A stretch of DNA of 63,947 nt, filler included, from Choristocarpus tenellus KU-1152 (Eukaryota > Protista > Phaeophyceae): the NCBI GenBank assembly GCA_964200185.2. It is 11 parts of 11 records of this genome, joined end to end, with 100 filler letters (N's around TTAATTAATTAA, not from the genome) between each part and the next. Parts side by side here need not be neighbours in the genome. Positions count along the whole stretch, not along the records: positions 21,636 to 25,684 come from CAXNAD020016481.1; positions 25,785 to 33,227 come from CAXNAD020006149.1; positions 33,328 to 41,913 come from CAXNAD020004562.1; 8 more parts are not named here. One strand, written 5' to 3'. The translations under genes and the position numbers were made by a program. The stretch's first letter is position 1, and every line of letters begins with the position of its first letter. Shown piece after piece: positions 24,606 to 36,612 of this stretch. Under the pieces are notes generated by a model that was not told the origin of the DNA, searched no databases, and saw only the letters and a program-made list of their open reading frames with translations.

Positions 24606-25445
24606 TTACCGGCTCTTACAGTCTTGGGTTCTGGAGGGAACTCATCCGCTAACACTCCAATAGAATCATCACTCGCACACATCACAAGGGTAGTCTCTAT
24701 GGAAACAGACAAACAAGCCATAAAAATTGGACATATTAAAAATTGCAGCTTTGGCAGAAGTAGGATAATTGCCTGATCTGGTGCGGTGGGGAAGGATGTT
24801 GTCTTCACCATTTCCAATGCTGAGTCATCGTGATTCTCTTCCACATTGACTGTCCTTAGCCTCGTCCACCCCATCATCATCGCCATCATTGCTATCCTCA
24901 GTCTCCTCCACCTCGTTGTCACCATCAATGTTGTCCTCAATCTCCTCCACAAATTCACCACTATCCCAGGTGTCATCAGATTCATCACCATCACCTAGTC
25001 CACCTTCAATCCAGGTGATTCCGTCATCTTCACATTCACCCCCCATCTCCTGAATTTCTCCAGTCCGTCTTCATGCACGTGGAGGGAGGATGTACGCTGG
25101 AGTGTCATCCAAATCTTCATGATCCCGGTCTAAATCAGAGATTGGAAAACGGACTCTGCCATCCTTGGTGGGGTGCCAATGTATGTTAGCTCGCTGAATT
25201 GCACAATTTGTAGTGAAGTCTAGGACGGAAAGTGCCACGGGCTTGGTTGTCAGATACACCAACCATGATGCCTTGTTGCCCACGACTCCCAAGCATATGT
25301 CCAGGACTAGACTTGTAGTATCCAAGGGTGCCAAAAGCTGGGACACTCACTAGGGATCCGATTTCCCTATACAAAGCTCGATAGGGGGAAGTCCCCTTAT
25401 TAGCAACGGTTGCACTTCTGTTGAGGATGTAAGCTGAATGGTTGT
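24606..25445 (-). mobile_element. Second Ty1/copia fragment (integrase C-terminus, SH3-like region, acidic linker, start of RT)
   Basis: Minus strand reads HSAYILNRSATVANKGTSPYRALY..VPAFGTLGYY..LGSRGQQGIMVGVS, then a D/E-rich linker, then PPEPKTVRA, the EPKT motif that precedes copia RT. Confidence 0.8.
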
Positions 25446-25684
25446 AGCTAGAGTTTGGATTAGGCGCTTAAGCGTGTTGAGAAGCTTGGCGCATGTAAGG
25501 CTCGTCGCCAAAAGTTAGTAGTTGAATTACATGGTAAAACATACACTGAATTATTTATTGTCCACAGGGTATTGTCCGTTTGGTGTCCAATATGACACTG
25601 GAACAGCTCCTTACAGGGACAAAGGTCTTCTGCTAGACGTCCCCTTCGCAGAGGTACAGGCAACTTCCCACCTATCCCAATCAT

Positions 25685-25784
25685 NNNNNNNNNNNNNNNN
25701 NNNNNNNNNNNNNNNNNNNNNNNNNNNNTTAATTAATTAANNNNNNNNNNNNNNNNNNNNNNNNNNNNNNNNNNNNNNNNNNNN
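25685..25784. other. Artificial contig spacer
   Basis: Same pattern. Confidence 0.99.
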
Positions 25785-26083
25785 CCCCCCCAGATACTTT
25801 GAGCAAGAACTGGTGGATATTCTAGGGTGGATTGGGAGATGGACTAGAACATGTTGAGTGTACTTTATTTTGTGTCTTAAATCGTATGGTGACATGTAAA
25901 CGATTGATGTGTGTTTGTTGGTTGGGGCAGCTAAGAGTCTGAGAGATTGGTTTGGTGCCCAGTAGGAAGGTGTATGTTGGGATAGGGGAATTGTCTTCTA
26001 TTTTAGATATAAAAAATAATGTTTCGTCCGGGGTTGGCACATTTTCCTGGTTTGTCTGTTACCTGTTGATGGTATTCGGGCCA

Positions 26084-26347
26084 GAGGCAAAGTAAGCGAG
26101 AAGTACCCAGGTTTTGTCTGTATTGCATTCTGTGACAACTTTTTAATCTTTCGCTATATATGCACCCATATTTCTATAGATGAAGTGCTAGGTTTGACTC
26201 GACAAAGTTGATTTTTTTATTGTTCAATTTTTTTTGCGCAATTCAGAAAATATCCTGCATATATTTGAAAAAATATAGACGAAATTTGCGCATATTTGTC
26301 ATCGCCCTTAAAATGCAACTCTGGGTACCTCTCGTATACTTCAACTC
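26084..26347. mobile_element. MITE subtype A copy
   Basis: gaggcaaagtaagcgagaagtacccagg..ctgggtacctctcgtatacttcaactc. Internal cacccatatttctat.gatgaag.gcta is shared with the 18542 copy. Confidence 0.8.
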
Positions 26348-26982
26348 TCATTTTGGAATTGATTGTGGGCCGGTTTCCTCTAATGACGATGGTGACTTGT
26401 TTAGATCTACGAAGTCGAAGACCATCAAAGTTTCTATAATCTGTTCTAGTCTTGTAGATTGTTAGGGTTGTTGTCCTTGATATCAAGAAGATGACTTCGG
26501 AACAGTCACTATACTTTGTTGCTCGATGGGGCAGTTCGTGACTGTTCATTGGTGTGAGGTTGCGTGTACCTGCTCTATGTAAGGATACTCTATCAAATTG
26601 TGGATTTATTACATTCCAGATTTTTTACAAGAAGAGGAGGTGTTACGCCTAGTATTTTTTTCCATCAAGGTTATTTCTTTGAGTTATGTTTTGTTTTGTG
26701 TGTGTTTTATCTCTTTTTTTGGTTTGAGTGCTTGGATCAATTGAGACATCGAGGACCTCCTGCAAGGCTATGGTACTTGGAATCGATGACTGCTAATACT
26801 GATGTGAATGTTTACAAGTAATATATATATATACTAGAGGTCTGTATCATACATGATATTTTCGAGGAATTGAACGGTGGTTTTGTGTACGGGAAGAATA
26901 CTCTCGCTTGGAGTCTAAGTTGGGAGTTTGTATGGAGAATCTACCTGTTTTGTTGTGAGGGGTTATGAGCCCGTCCCTTTTC

Positions 26983-27235
26983 ACCCAAAGCATATGAGAG
27001 GTACCCAGATTTTGACCGTTTTGCATATTAAGCCGCTTTTTCGTTTCCAAGTCGCCCTTTTTGTATGAATGAAGCGCTAAGATTGACTTGGGAGCGTTGA
27101 TTTCCCTTTGTTTGAAAATTTTCGACAGAATTCAGTGAAGTCCCATATATACGCATTTGTACGAAAAACTGAATTTTGCATATTTGTCAGCATGCTTGTA
27201 ATGTGACTCTGAGTACTTGTCGTTTATTTTGACTC
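26983..27235. mobile_element. MITE subtype A copy (degenerate)
   Basis: gagaggtacccagatttt..gaatgaagcgctaagattgacttgggagcgttgatttc..gtttattttgactc. Confidence 0.75.
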
Positions 27236-28581
27236 TTTGAGTATGTGCGAAATTGGAATTCCTACCATCTATGAGTTGATTGGAGTCTTGAGGGAGGAGG
27301 GGTCAGTAGAGACCACGGACGGACCTCGAGTTAAGTCTCTTCTTTATTTTGGGTCACTACTGACTGGCGAGGGTAATTATTCATCCCATGTGACAATCTG
27401 GTAGGACTCATTCTTAGCGGTTGTGTATGTGTTGCATGTATTATTATGGAAGGGAATTACTTTATTCTTGGGTTTGGGAATTATTATTGTCTTAGGTAGG
27501 TCTTCAATTTGTTGTTGAGGATGTTGAGGTGGTAGCAGATCTGCAAGTAACACATTAGCAAAACTATAGTAATGTTCTTTGTCCAATGGACTGATGAGGA
27601 GTGATTGTATTGCGAGTGCTCTTCGCATCAGTTATCATGTATGAATGAAGTGATTCCTTGTTGATTTATTGGATAGATCAAGCAGTCAAAAGAGCACCTA
27701 AAAGGTCTGTGAATGTATTTAATGGATACAGCAAAGGTATTTTCATACTGAGAATAACTGCTAGTATATGTATTCCGTTCGATTGAATGTAATAAAAATA
27801 ATTTTCGATTTTTGGGGGATTGAGTCATGAGTGGTTAGGTGTTTGGTGCAGTGGACCTTGATTTCAAGGCCACACCTATCCGTTGTTTAGGCTGACTTCT
27901 TGACACACTGCACTTTTTATAGGCAAGGATGATTTTGGACGACCAAATGGAAATAGTATTATCTGAGGGTAGTACCTCTTCCTCCCTCATACTATACCAC
28001 ACTTTACAATGCACTGTTGTGTAGCATTCTTGGTGATAAGTTCTGAACCTTACTGGTTTTGACCTTATTTTGTGAGGATTTCGTTTTATGTTTCCTGATG
28101 CTGAGTGGGGTTAGTATTTTCTCATAGACTGTCCAGAAGTAGTGCCGTTCAGAAACCCCAAATATACGGATACAGACTGATGTAGTTGTATGTAATGATG
28201 CCATTTTTCTGGACTTATCTGATTCGTGTTTCGATTTTTATATTCAATATCTTAGAGGGATTGTCATGTAGAGGAAACAAGAAAAGTAGAGGGATACAAC
28301 GATAGAGTCAGTAGTCAGAGGGGAAAATAATATATCTATAGAGGCAGTTGAAAAGGAAACATCATCTCAAGAACACAACCAACAAACGTGACAGAAAGGA
28401 ATACTATATCACATACAACAACTACACAAGATATTGTGTTTAAAACTATGACAAGGAAACAACTAAAAGCTACACTCCGAAACTGACTCTTTGGAGGCTG
28501 GGGAGAATTAAGGGAAGATCTCATTTGACATCACGAGGGAGGAATTACCTTAGATGGACACATATTTGCGACTCCTATGGC

Positions 28582-28756
28582 TTAAAGTATCTGGGGAGGG
28601 GGGTGACAGCTGTCCATTTGGGGTCAAATTTTTGTTGTCGCGATTTTTGGGTGATTTGGTTGCATACGTCGGATGGATAATATAGATACTCTCTTCCTTA
28701 TTTTGGTCCAAATGGACACCCCAGTCTAGACCCTCCCCCACAGATGATACTTCGAG
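28582..28756. mobile_element. MITE subtype C with G-rich TIR (CAAAGTATCTGGGGGAGGGGG); further termini at ~10325, ~16417, ~25785, ~33385, ~34353, ~50721
   Basis: aagtatctggggagggggg..tgtccatttgggg and ccaaatggacacc..ccctccccca..gatactt. The same terminus recurs six more times. Confidence 0.72.
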
Positions 28757-31338
28757 TCTAATATCGTCAAATCTAAAATATCTGTCGATCTCACTACTAG
28801 AACAAAAAAAAAGGATTTTAATAATATTTCGGGAATATATATTCACCATACAGCTAGCAAATTTCAAACAAGCCACAAAAATGGGAGCATCTCTTCTATG
28901 TGTGTTTCAATTTCTGAACGGCACTACTTCTACACCGACTATAAAAATAGCCAGGTGCTGACGACGATACTCGAAATACATCCATCCATCCATCAAATCA
29001 CATACTACGTTTTTGTTTGCAGGAAAAGGTTTTGGAAAATTTCTGGTGATCTTGACATCACATTCTTTCGTTGTGGGTACTTTGATGGTATGCCCCATCT
29101 TCCTCTCCTTCGTTCCATTTTATTTGCACTCTTTTTTTAGTTCCAGGGCGAGGGAGAGAGAGAGAGAGGGAGTGAAATATGATAAATACGCATGGAATCA
29201 CATATAAAGTATGAAAGTTGAAAATAAAAAGAAATCTACCTAAAATACTTGTAAAAGCCTCGCAAGGTGTGGAACCCCTATTGTGGGGTTCTTTTTGATA
29301 CATCATTTGGTTATTCTTGGCATATGTGGAAACAGTTTTTGTTCTTTCTGCCTCTATCCACACTACCAAGAATGAGCGTGTGTGGCTATTGAATGGAGAA
29401 AGGGTTGTCCAAGAACGTCTGGAAGTTTGTACTGTAAAAGGTGACGAAAATTCAGTGCTACGTATATTGTGTAGAGATTGGGTATAGTAATAAAAACATA
29501 CAAATAGGAAGTGATGGAGTATATAATCGGCTCCTAAGTAGGTTGTGTTGACTACATGCACACTTTCACGTTTGAAGGACATTGTTGATTTCTTCATTAT
29601 TATCGTTGGTGGTTAGTAGCTAGACTTTTATACATAGTAAGTTTGTAGTGGAGAATAACCCTGTAAGTAAGGAGTGGTGTTCAACCAATCCTATAGCCAC
29701 CAAACGAAGTGACAAAGTCACACTGTGGTAACCTGTTTCTTGGTAGGTCTTATTTTGCTGGGTTCTCTTATCAGTTTTTTACTGGTACTCTGTTGTTAGT
29801 GGTATGCATAACCCAAATAATAGATATCGGGAATCACTTCGTTGTGCACATATATAGTAATCACCTCCAAGAGATTTCATTTGTTAATAAAGCCGCTTTG
29901 CGGAATTAACAAAATTCGCGGAACCTAGGAAGATCAGGGGAATATACTGCAGGGTTCAAGTAGGAAGGAGATCTCCACATTGTCCTACTTAGTTTGGAAA
30001 AAGCTTATGAGCACATTCCACTTTCTGTCAACAACCCTTCTCACAGGGGTCCACACTTGGGTCACAATCCATGGATGGGGGACGTAGTAACAGGTCTTGA
30101 CTCCCTAATACCAGTCACAATTTTGGGTTTATGGATGGATCTTTGTTCTACATCAAACATTCTACAAATTATCAACGATTCTACTAAATCGGAAGGGTGA
30201 AAATAGAATCTGTCTTCTGATTGGTTGGGGATGGGGGGTTGTAATATTGTTGATCAATGATCTCAGTTCGTATTTATCCTCTCCGATTTCATATTGTCTT
30301 CGTCACACAACCCACACCTGTAGTCGGTAAAACTTTTTCCCGTTTAAATGAAAATGGAGGTAAAAAATGGAGGTAAAAAAAGAGAAGTTTAAATGAAAAT
30401 GGTAAGAAAAGAGGTAAAATCTTTTTAGAATGGATAAACCGCGAACGGTATGTTAGATAATTTATACCGTTAACTGTAAGTATGAGTTGAGCATCTTAAA
30501 TCATACCGTTCCGGTTACTGGCATTTTCTGAATTGGGGGAGATCGGGGATTATTTCCCATATTTTTTTAAAACACTGGTGACTGGTGACAACAAGTTTTG
30601 GTTGTTTCCTAGAAGAACTCCTCTCACATCGATGCCACCATGGGCGAGAGCAATATTTATTAGAGAATTTCTGATATTGAGAATTGAGATCGAAGATAGA
30701 GCAGGTTATTCATCCATCATCGACACAATGAAGTGAGGAATTCCTAATCCAAAAAATGCTACACACATAGTACTTTTCAATTATTCCGCTTTTTGGCTAT
30801 AATATATAGTAAATAACCCTGACGACTTTTGTGTGACTGGTGTAGGACAAACTTAGATGGTTTTCTTAATGATGTCTCTTTTTTCTCTGTGGAGCACACC
30901 CGAATCTTAGGGCAACCTCTCACAAATTAAGTCGCCGTCCATAGAAAAACTTGACCCCCATTCCATCTCCACTCCTTTGCCGCCAGATCTCCTCCCATAA
31001 CCACACCTCCCACCTCTTACCTAGTTGCCCCTTTCCTCGTACGGCCTCAAGGTAAACAAACGTCCCTCCATGCTTTGACGGCGTCTTCTGTTTAAGTTCT
31101 CCAGATTTCCTCACAATTTGGCTTCTTCGTATCTCTTGATTGTGTGGGGGCATGTTTTCCCCATGTTTTCTATCTCGCACCACAAATAGTCGCTCATATC
31201 AGTTGTCTCAACTGGCACAGGTTACATAGTTTGTTATCAAAACTATCAGAAAAACGTGCTGGTCACAATTTCTATTATCGCTCATCAACACTAACGAAAG
31301 AATGACCCATGTCGATTTATGTCAATGCCATACAGATC

Positions 31339-31751
31339 ATGGGAGGAGGCAATGGACAAAAGTCGGCCACTGCCCGCGCTCGTAACGAAAAGAAGAAAGC
31401 CCAGGGAAGTAAGGGTTCCCAGCGTGCCGTTAATGCTGCAGCCTGCAACATCATTTGTCAGGCGAGGTTTAGCCCGGCAGGGTTTCATCTGTTAATGATT
31501 GTAGATTCGAGTACACTAAGGATTCTTTTAACTTGTGCAGTGGTCTTGCATCCTGTGGCTCGATAGTTCCTTGTGATGTCTCAGTCGTCCTGTCCTAACA
31601 CAGTGTACCCTGCTCGATCTCACGACTGCACCACCAGGTTTGCCGGCAGAGCTTCATGAATGTTTCAAATGATGCCATGCTCAGGACACACGCGATAAAC
31701 AAACATTCTGGGAAGAAAAGTCCATCAGAATGTTTTCCGGGGAGGCTATAG
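31339..31751 (+). CDS. ZNF706: ZNF706-like (4F5 + C2H2 zinc finger) small basic protein, 78 aa, two coding exons
   Basis: Exon 31339-31461 MGGGNGQKSATARARNEKKKAQGSKGSQRAVNAAACNIICQ plus exon 31638-31751 VCRQSFMNVSNDAMLRTHAINKHSGKKSPSECFPGRL*. Family pattern MGGGN.QKS..AR..GSQ..C.VC..F..H...KH..CFP. Requires a GC-AG intron at 31462-31637. Confidence 0.9.
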
Positions 31752-32714
31752 CGACGAACGGCTGACCATGGCCCCGAAGTTATATAAATGCTTGTGCGAC
31801 ATCCGGATGGGCAAGAGGCACAACTCTTTGATGTCGCCACCTAGTCTCCCTTTTGACTCAAGTTCTGAGTGCTGCGACAGCAACTCGCCAACGTGGACGA
31901 TCGGATGCCCGCACTGTGTGGCTAGAAGGGCATCTTGCTCGGACCAGTGGCTAGAGAGGCATAGAATACGTGTCACACTCTTGCTCTTGCATAGTCTCGG
32001 TGGGGGGGGGGCAGGACGCCAGGCGTTTCTGAATTTTAGACGTTGATTTTTCATAGTGCAGGGCAAGGGTGCCCAAGAGGTACTTTTTGAGGCTTAAGGA
32101 TGGACATGTTTGAGGGGAAGTCTTCACCATACCTAAGTCAAGTTATGTTCATAGTAGTGGAATAATACCAAATTGATAATTAAAGATGAAAGTCAAATGA
32201 AACGCGCGTACTTGGGTGTTCTTGCTGGTTTGGCATTTGCGTATGGAGATTCGTCACACAAGTGAGCTGAAAGTTTACCATAGGTCATCCTACATCGCAA
32301 TCCCCAGACCATAAACCTAAAGAGGGGTGTAATGTGCCAGCCAGATGGAAAAGTTACACCACTGCACTGCAATGTACACGTTCTTGTTTGGAGCCCAACA
32401 CCCTTGTGTGGAGTAACTATGTATTCCTGGTTTGCTCTTAATGAGAGTGTCCCCATACCAGTCAGTTCTCTACATTTGGCTTAACGCCTCACTTTTTGTT
32501 TCATGACAGTGACCAACCTTCCATGAGGCCATCCAAGGAATGTATCCGTCCAAAAAAACAATGATCAATTCCCACAGCTAGGAAGACACCAACATGTGGG
32601 CTAACTTACCCACTCTTGCTTCCCTGGAAGGAGGCCAAGCGCAATGAATGTGGGTAAAGTACAGTTCAATTTTTATCTTGTTTTCGTCCTGAATCAATAT
32701 TTCCCCTCATGTAG

Positions 32715-33227
32715 TTACGAGAAATAGTCATTGTCTATCCCTTCCTCTAGATCGCTTTCTTGCTCAAACGAAATGTCTTCATCTACACTATCCTCGTGTA
32801 TATCAATTACGCTGGGGTCTATCATCCCTCCTCTCAGGAGGGTTTGACCCCCCTCATGATGAGCTGATCCTTTCTCAAGCTCATCCACTTCCTCCTGTTG
32901 TTTGTGTTGGTTACTGTTCAAAGAAGATGCAGTCACATCTCCACTCGGAACCTGCTGCTCAACTGTGTTCACAGTGTTCACTGCAAATCCAGGTGTGGAC
33001 TCCTTCCTGCTGACTGTGCCATTCAACACCGCTGATGTATCCTTCAGCACAGGTGGAGAATTCACTGGACTTATGGAATAGGGTTTGGCATTGTTAGGGA
33101 TGCCTCTGACTTGAGCGCTGGTTGTTGGGGTAGGGGGGTTGGGCGGTAATGACAGGCTTGTGCCATTGCTTCCTCCAAGAGATGTAAGTCCCCTTCCCAC
33201 GAGTGGTGGTAGATCACCAAGCAATCC
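32715..33227 (-). CDS. Terminal exon of an unidentified low-complexity protein with an acidic C-terminus (5' part lost at contig end)
   Basis: Open frame of about 170 codons from the contig edge (LGDLPPLVGRG..DEDISFEQESDLEEGIDNDYFS*), coding-like composition, no recognised domain. Confidence 0.6.
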   Translation of the reverse strand, partial: GLLGDLPPLVGRGLTSLGGSNGTSLSLPPNPPTPTTSAQVRGIPNNAKPYSISPVNSPPVLKDTSAVLNGTVSRKESTPGFAVNTVNTVEQQVPSGDVTASSLNSNQHKQQEEVDELEKGSAHHEGGQTLLRGGMIDPSVIDIHEDSVDEDISFEQESDLEEGIDNDYFS

Positions 33228-33327
33228 NNNNNNNNNNNNNNNNNNNNNNNNNNNNNNNNNNNNNNNNNNNNTTAATTAATTAANNNNNNNNNNNNNNNNN
33301 NNNNNNNNNNNNNNNNNNNNNNNNNNN
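33228..33327. other. Artificial contig spacer
   Basis: Same pattern. Confidence 0.99.
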
Positions 33328-34009
33328 GTCAGCAAAAAAAAGAGTTGCTTGACCGAAACGGACGCCCCCTCACAAACCACCCCCCTCCCCCAGATACTTT
33401 GACCCATAGTACCTCAATAACCCCGCCCCCCCCTACACATATTTCTGCACAATGCATAGGTAGGCAGCTTTGATCAATTGAGGTATTCCAGGCATGTCTG
33501 CAAATCTTTCAGCAACTGTAAGGGCTGCAACATCGAGCAATAAAAAATAGTAGCGCACACACATGGTAGTAAGGCATTAAATATGGTAGGCATTAAAAAA
33601 CAGGACGCTCTCTGCTGAACAGGCACTACTCCTCGGCCTATAGTATCCTATAGAGGGAGTTTGGGGTTCATTTGGGGCCTGTGGGACTCTGTAGCGATTT
33701 TGTGTGATTTGAATGAAAGTGTCAAATTCAAGGGAAATTTTCTTCATCTAAATGCACCATCCTTTTCCATCCCCCTGGCTGGACCAACTCCAAAAAAGAA
33801 TCACCCAAACACGGGTATCAAACTGGGGTGTCTTACAACCCCCGATAAAGCCCTAAATGGGCAACCTGGTCTAAACACCCCTCCCCCTAGGAAAATATGG
33901 ATTTTTTGTCCTGCCTGCCAAGAATTTCATTTTATTTTGGGTGTACCCCATTGATACAAAACTATTGATATAAAACTATTGATGTAAAACTATTGATGTA
34001 TTGGCACAG

Positions 34010-35886
34010 GTTAAAGGAGGAGGAGGGAGCAGTGCCATCCACTGTGGCAGACGCCCATCGAAAAACTTTGGAGGAATTGGATGCCATTACTCGAAAGGAG
34101 CAGCAGGTAGAGTTAGCTCCCCTTGCTACTACTAATATAACCAAATGACAGGAATGTTTGCATCAAGGTATCTTGACCCTACATTACATTGTTACTCCAC
34201 TAGGTTGTTACTCCACCAGGTTGTAGATCCGGAGTCAAAGGTTGGGAAAAGAACCATAGGCCATGGCACCTTCAAGTGTTGAAGGTAGCATCTTCTGTTC
34301 AAAAAAACTGATACAACCCTGTTTGGAGACTTAACAACTGTAGCATATCTAGGGGTCAAAGTATCTGGGGGAGGGGGGAGGTCTAGCCCACGGTGTCCTT
34401 TCGGACCCTGACCAGGCGTTGGGAAAATGATCTATTTTAGTGCCTGTAGTCGTGACGGGTTGGTCCTGTTTCAATGACCTGTTTCAATGAAGTGTGGAAT
34501 ATCTTGCACTTCGCATATACCCATAGCATTTGGACTTGTGTGGACTGTGTTATGACGCCAAGATCAAACACAATCACGAGATGGAAAAATGGGCCCCAAA
34601 GGGACAGCCGCCACCCCTCCCCAGTTACTTTAACTCTAGTTCCGAGGTGAAAAATGATGAAGATCATCACCACTGCACCAAATAAACGGAGCACTCTACT
34701 TCCCTCGAATTGATATTCCTGTTGAACTGGAATCAGAAGGCATTGCATGTACATAGAGGACCTCCTCTGCTCATAACACATCTTATCTTATATATATATA
34801 TATATATATATGTATTTAATCATCTTCATAATATAGTGTAAGAGGTGGAGAAGGTAAGTGAAGTAGCACAGCACATTCAACCTAGAGTCAAAGTAAACAA
34901 GAGGTGGTACCCAGTTGGATTTAACAAGGATGCTGACAAACATGTGCAAAGGTCGCCTTTTTTTTACAAATGTGCATAGGATATTTATTTTATTAATTGC
35001 GTAAAAAAACAATTGAAACAATAAAGAAATAAACGCTCTCAAGTCAAAACTTAGAAATAATGAAGAGAGATATGAGTGAATTGCAAAAGATTGAATAACA
35101 TACTTCAAATTCAAAACGACCAAAACCTGGGTACCTCTCACTTTGGCTCCCTATTATCTCAACACGACATAAAGTCATTCCATTATTTCTTCTGAATATT
35201 GCTGCTTCTCATACATGTCCCCTATCCCTCGAATATGTTACTGGTAACATCATTATTCTTTAGTATATGCTTTGAAGTAAGTATCAATATTGGTATTGAT
35301 TATATCCTTATTACCAAGATTGAACACTTAAACGAGGAGAAGCAAATTCTACCTTCCATACTTAGGGCTAGGGTTCTACCTTCCACACTTTGTTTCTTGT
35401 GAGGATTTTAGTGGCACAATTTGTCTATACATGTTCCCCCCCCCCCTCCAATTTCCGTGATTCCCCGCTACCGGACAATACATAGAACAAGGAAGAGGAC
35501 CTACGGNNNNNNNNNNACAATTTGTCTATACATGTTCCCCCCCCCCCCTCCAATTTCTCGAATTCACAGACCAGGGAGAAGAAATGGAATGAGGAGGAGG
35601 CCCAACAGTGGGCTCATTTCGAACAGAGGGAGAACCTAGTCGAGCAAACCATCACTGATCGCAAGGTCGGTTCAAGAATCACAATGAAACAACACAAGAA
35701 CCAGATTTACTTGAAATTTCACAAGGACCCATAAGCCTCCCCCACCCCCCACATATATGCTCTCTCTCACTCACACATGCTAACTGCCCTGAACTCTGAC
35801 AGATATAACAACACTATCTCCAGTGATTGACAAGAAAAGGTCGTAGTGGACCACTTCATCATTGCACTAGTGTTAGTAGTAGTAGT

Positions 35887-35923
<37 letters not shown>

Positions 35924-36612
35924 TAACTTCACTAGCATGCATTGGTTGTTGCTTTGTATCAAGTGACACATTTTGTACACTGTAGTAATCAAGATGCTGT
36001 TTTGGGAAGGTAAGAATATTGCTGTACATGTCGCTCCTCCCCCTCCCTTGGTATTCTACTACTAACCAATCACAACTTGTTTCCACTATTGATACCGTAC
36101 TTCATTGTTTATCAATATTAATATTAATATTGCTATCACCACAACCAATTGTAATTTGTTAGGTAATGTCTGGCAATAACAGCCGGCGGGTATTGAGAGA
36201 GACACGCCACCGGATCAAAGTTGCAGAGAGCGAGTGGCAGACCAGCGCATCGAGGTGGCTTGTTATAGCTAGAAAGAAGGTACGCTGCACATAAGGGATA
36301 AGGTTAGGGATAGAGTTAGGCCAACTACAACCATATAATGAACACTGGCGTTTTACCTTTTCTTAGAACCCTTCATGGATGTCTTCGTTTCGAATTTCTT
36401 TGCACAGGTCTCTTAATGTTGTTGTACTACTGTACTCAGCATCTAGAGCTTCCTTTTGTGCACTGAATCAATCGTTTTACTCATCATAGGAGTACTAAAT
36501 ATCTAGACAGCACCAACAATTGATTGCGTTGTTGTATAAATGCCTTTTCAAGGTGAACCTCAAGGAGAACGAGGATGCGGAAGAGATGGAGCGGAACAAG
36601 CGTAGGCGGTGA
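34010..36612 (+). CDS. 3' exons of an unidentified charged/coiled-coil protein
   Basis: Phase-consistent GT-AG exons 34010-34106 (LKEEEGAVPSTVADAHRKTLEELDAITRKEQQ), 35570-35665 (TREKKWNEEEAQQWAHFEQRENLVEQTITDRK), 36163-36279 (VMSGNNSRRVLRETRHRIKVAESEWQTSASRWLVIARKK), 36553-36612 (VNLKENEDAEEMERNKRRR*). Confidence 0.75.
34885..35149. mobile_element. MITE subtype A copy (opposite orientation, intronic)
   Basis: gagtcaaagtaaacaagaggtggtacccag..ctctcaagtcaaaacttag..aaaacctgggtacctctcactttggctc. Confidence 0.78.

Noticed and set aside
32715-33227. Assignment to a centrosomal FOP/CEP43-like C-terminus
   Set aside because: Resemblance is limited to an LPPL motif and acidic composition, which is insufficient.
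35413-35560. Duplicated acaatttgtctatacatgttcccc on both sides of a 10-N gap
   Set aside because: Typical scaffolding overlap artefact at a poly-C tract.
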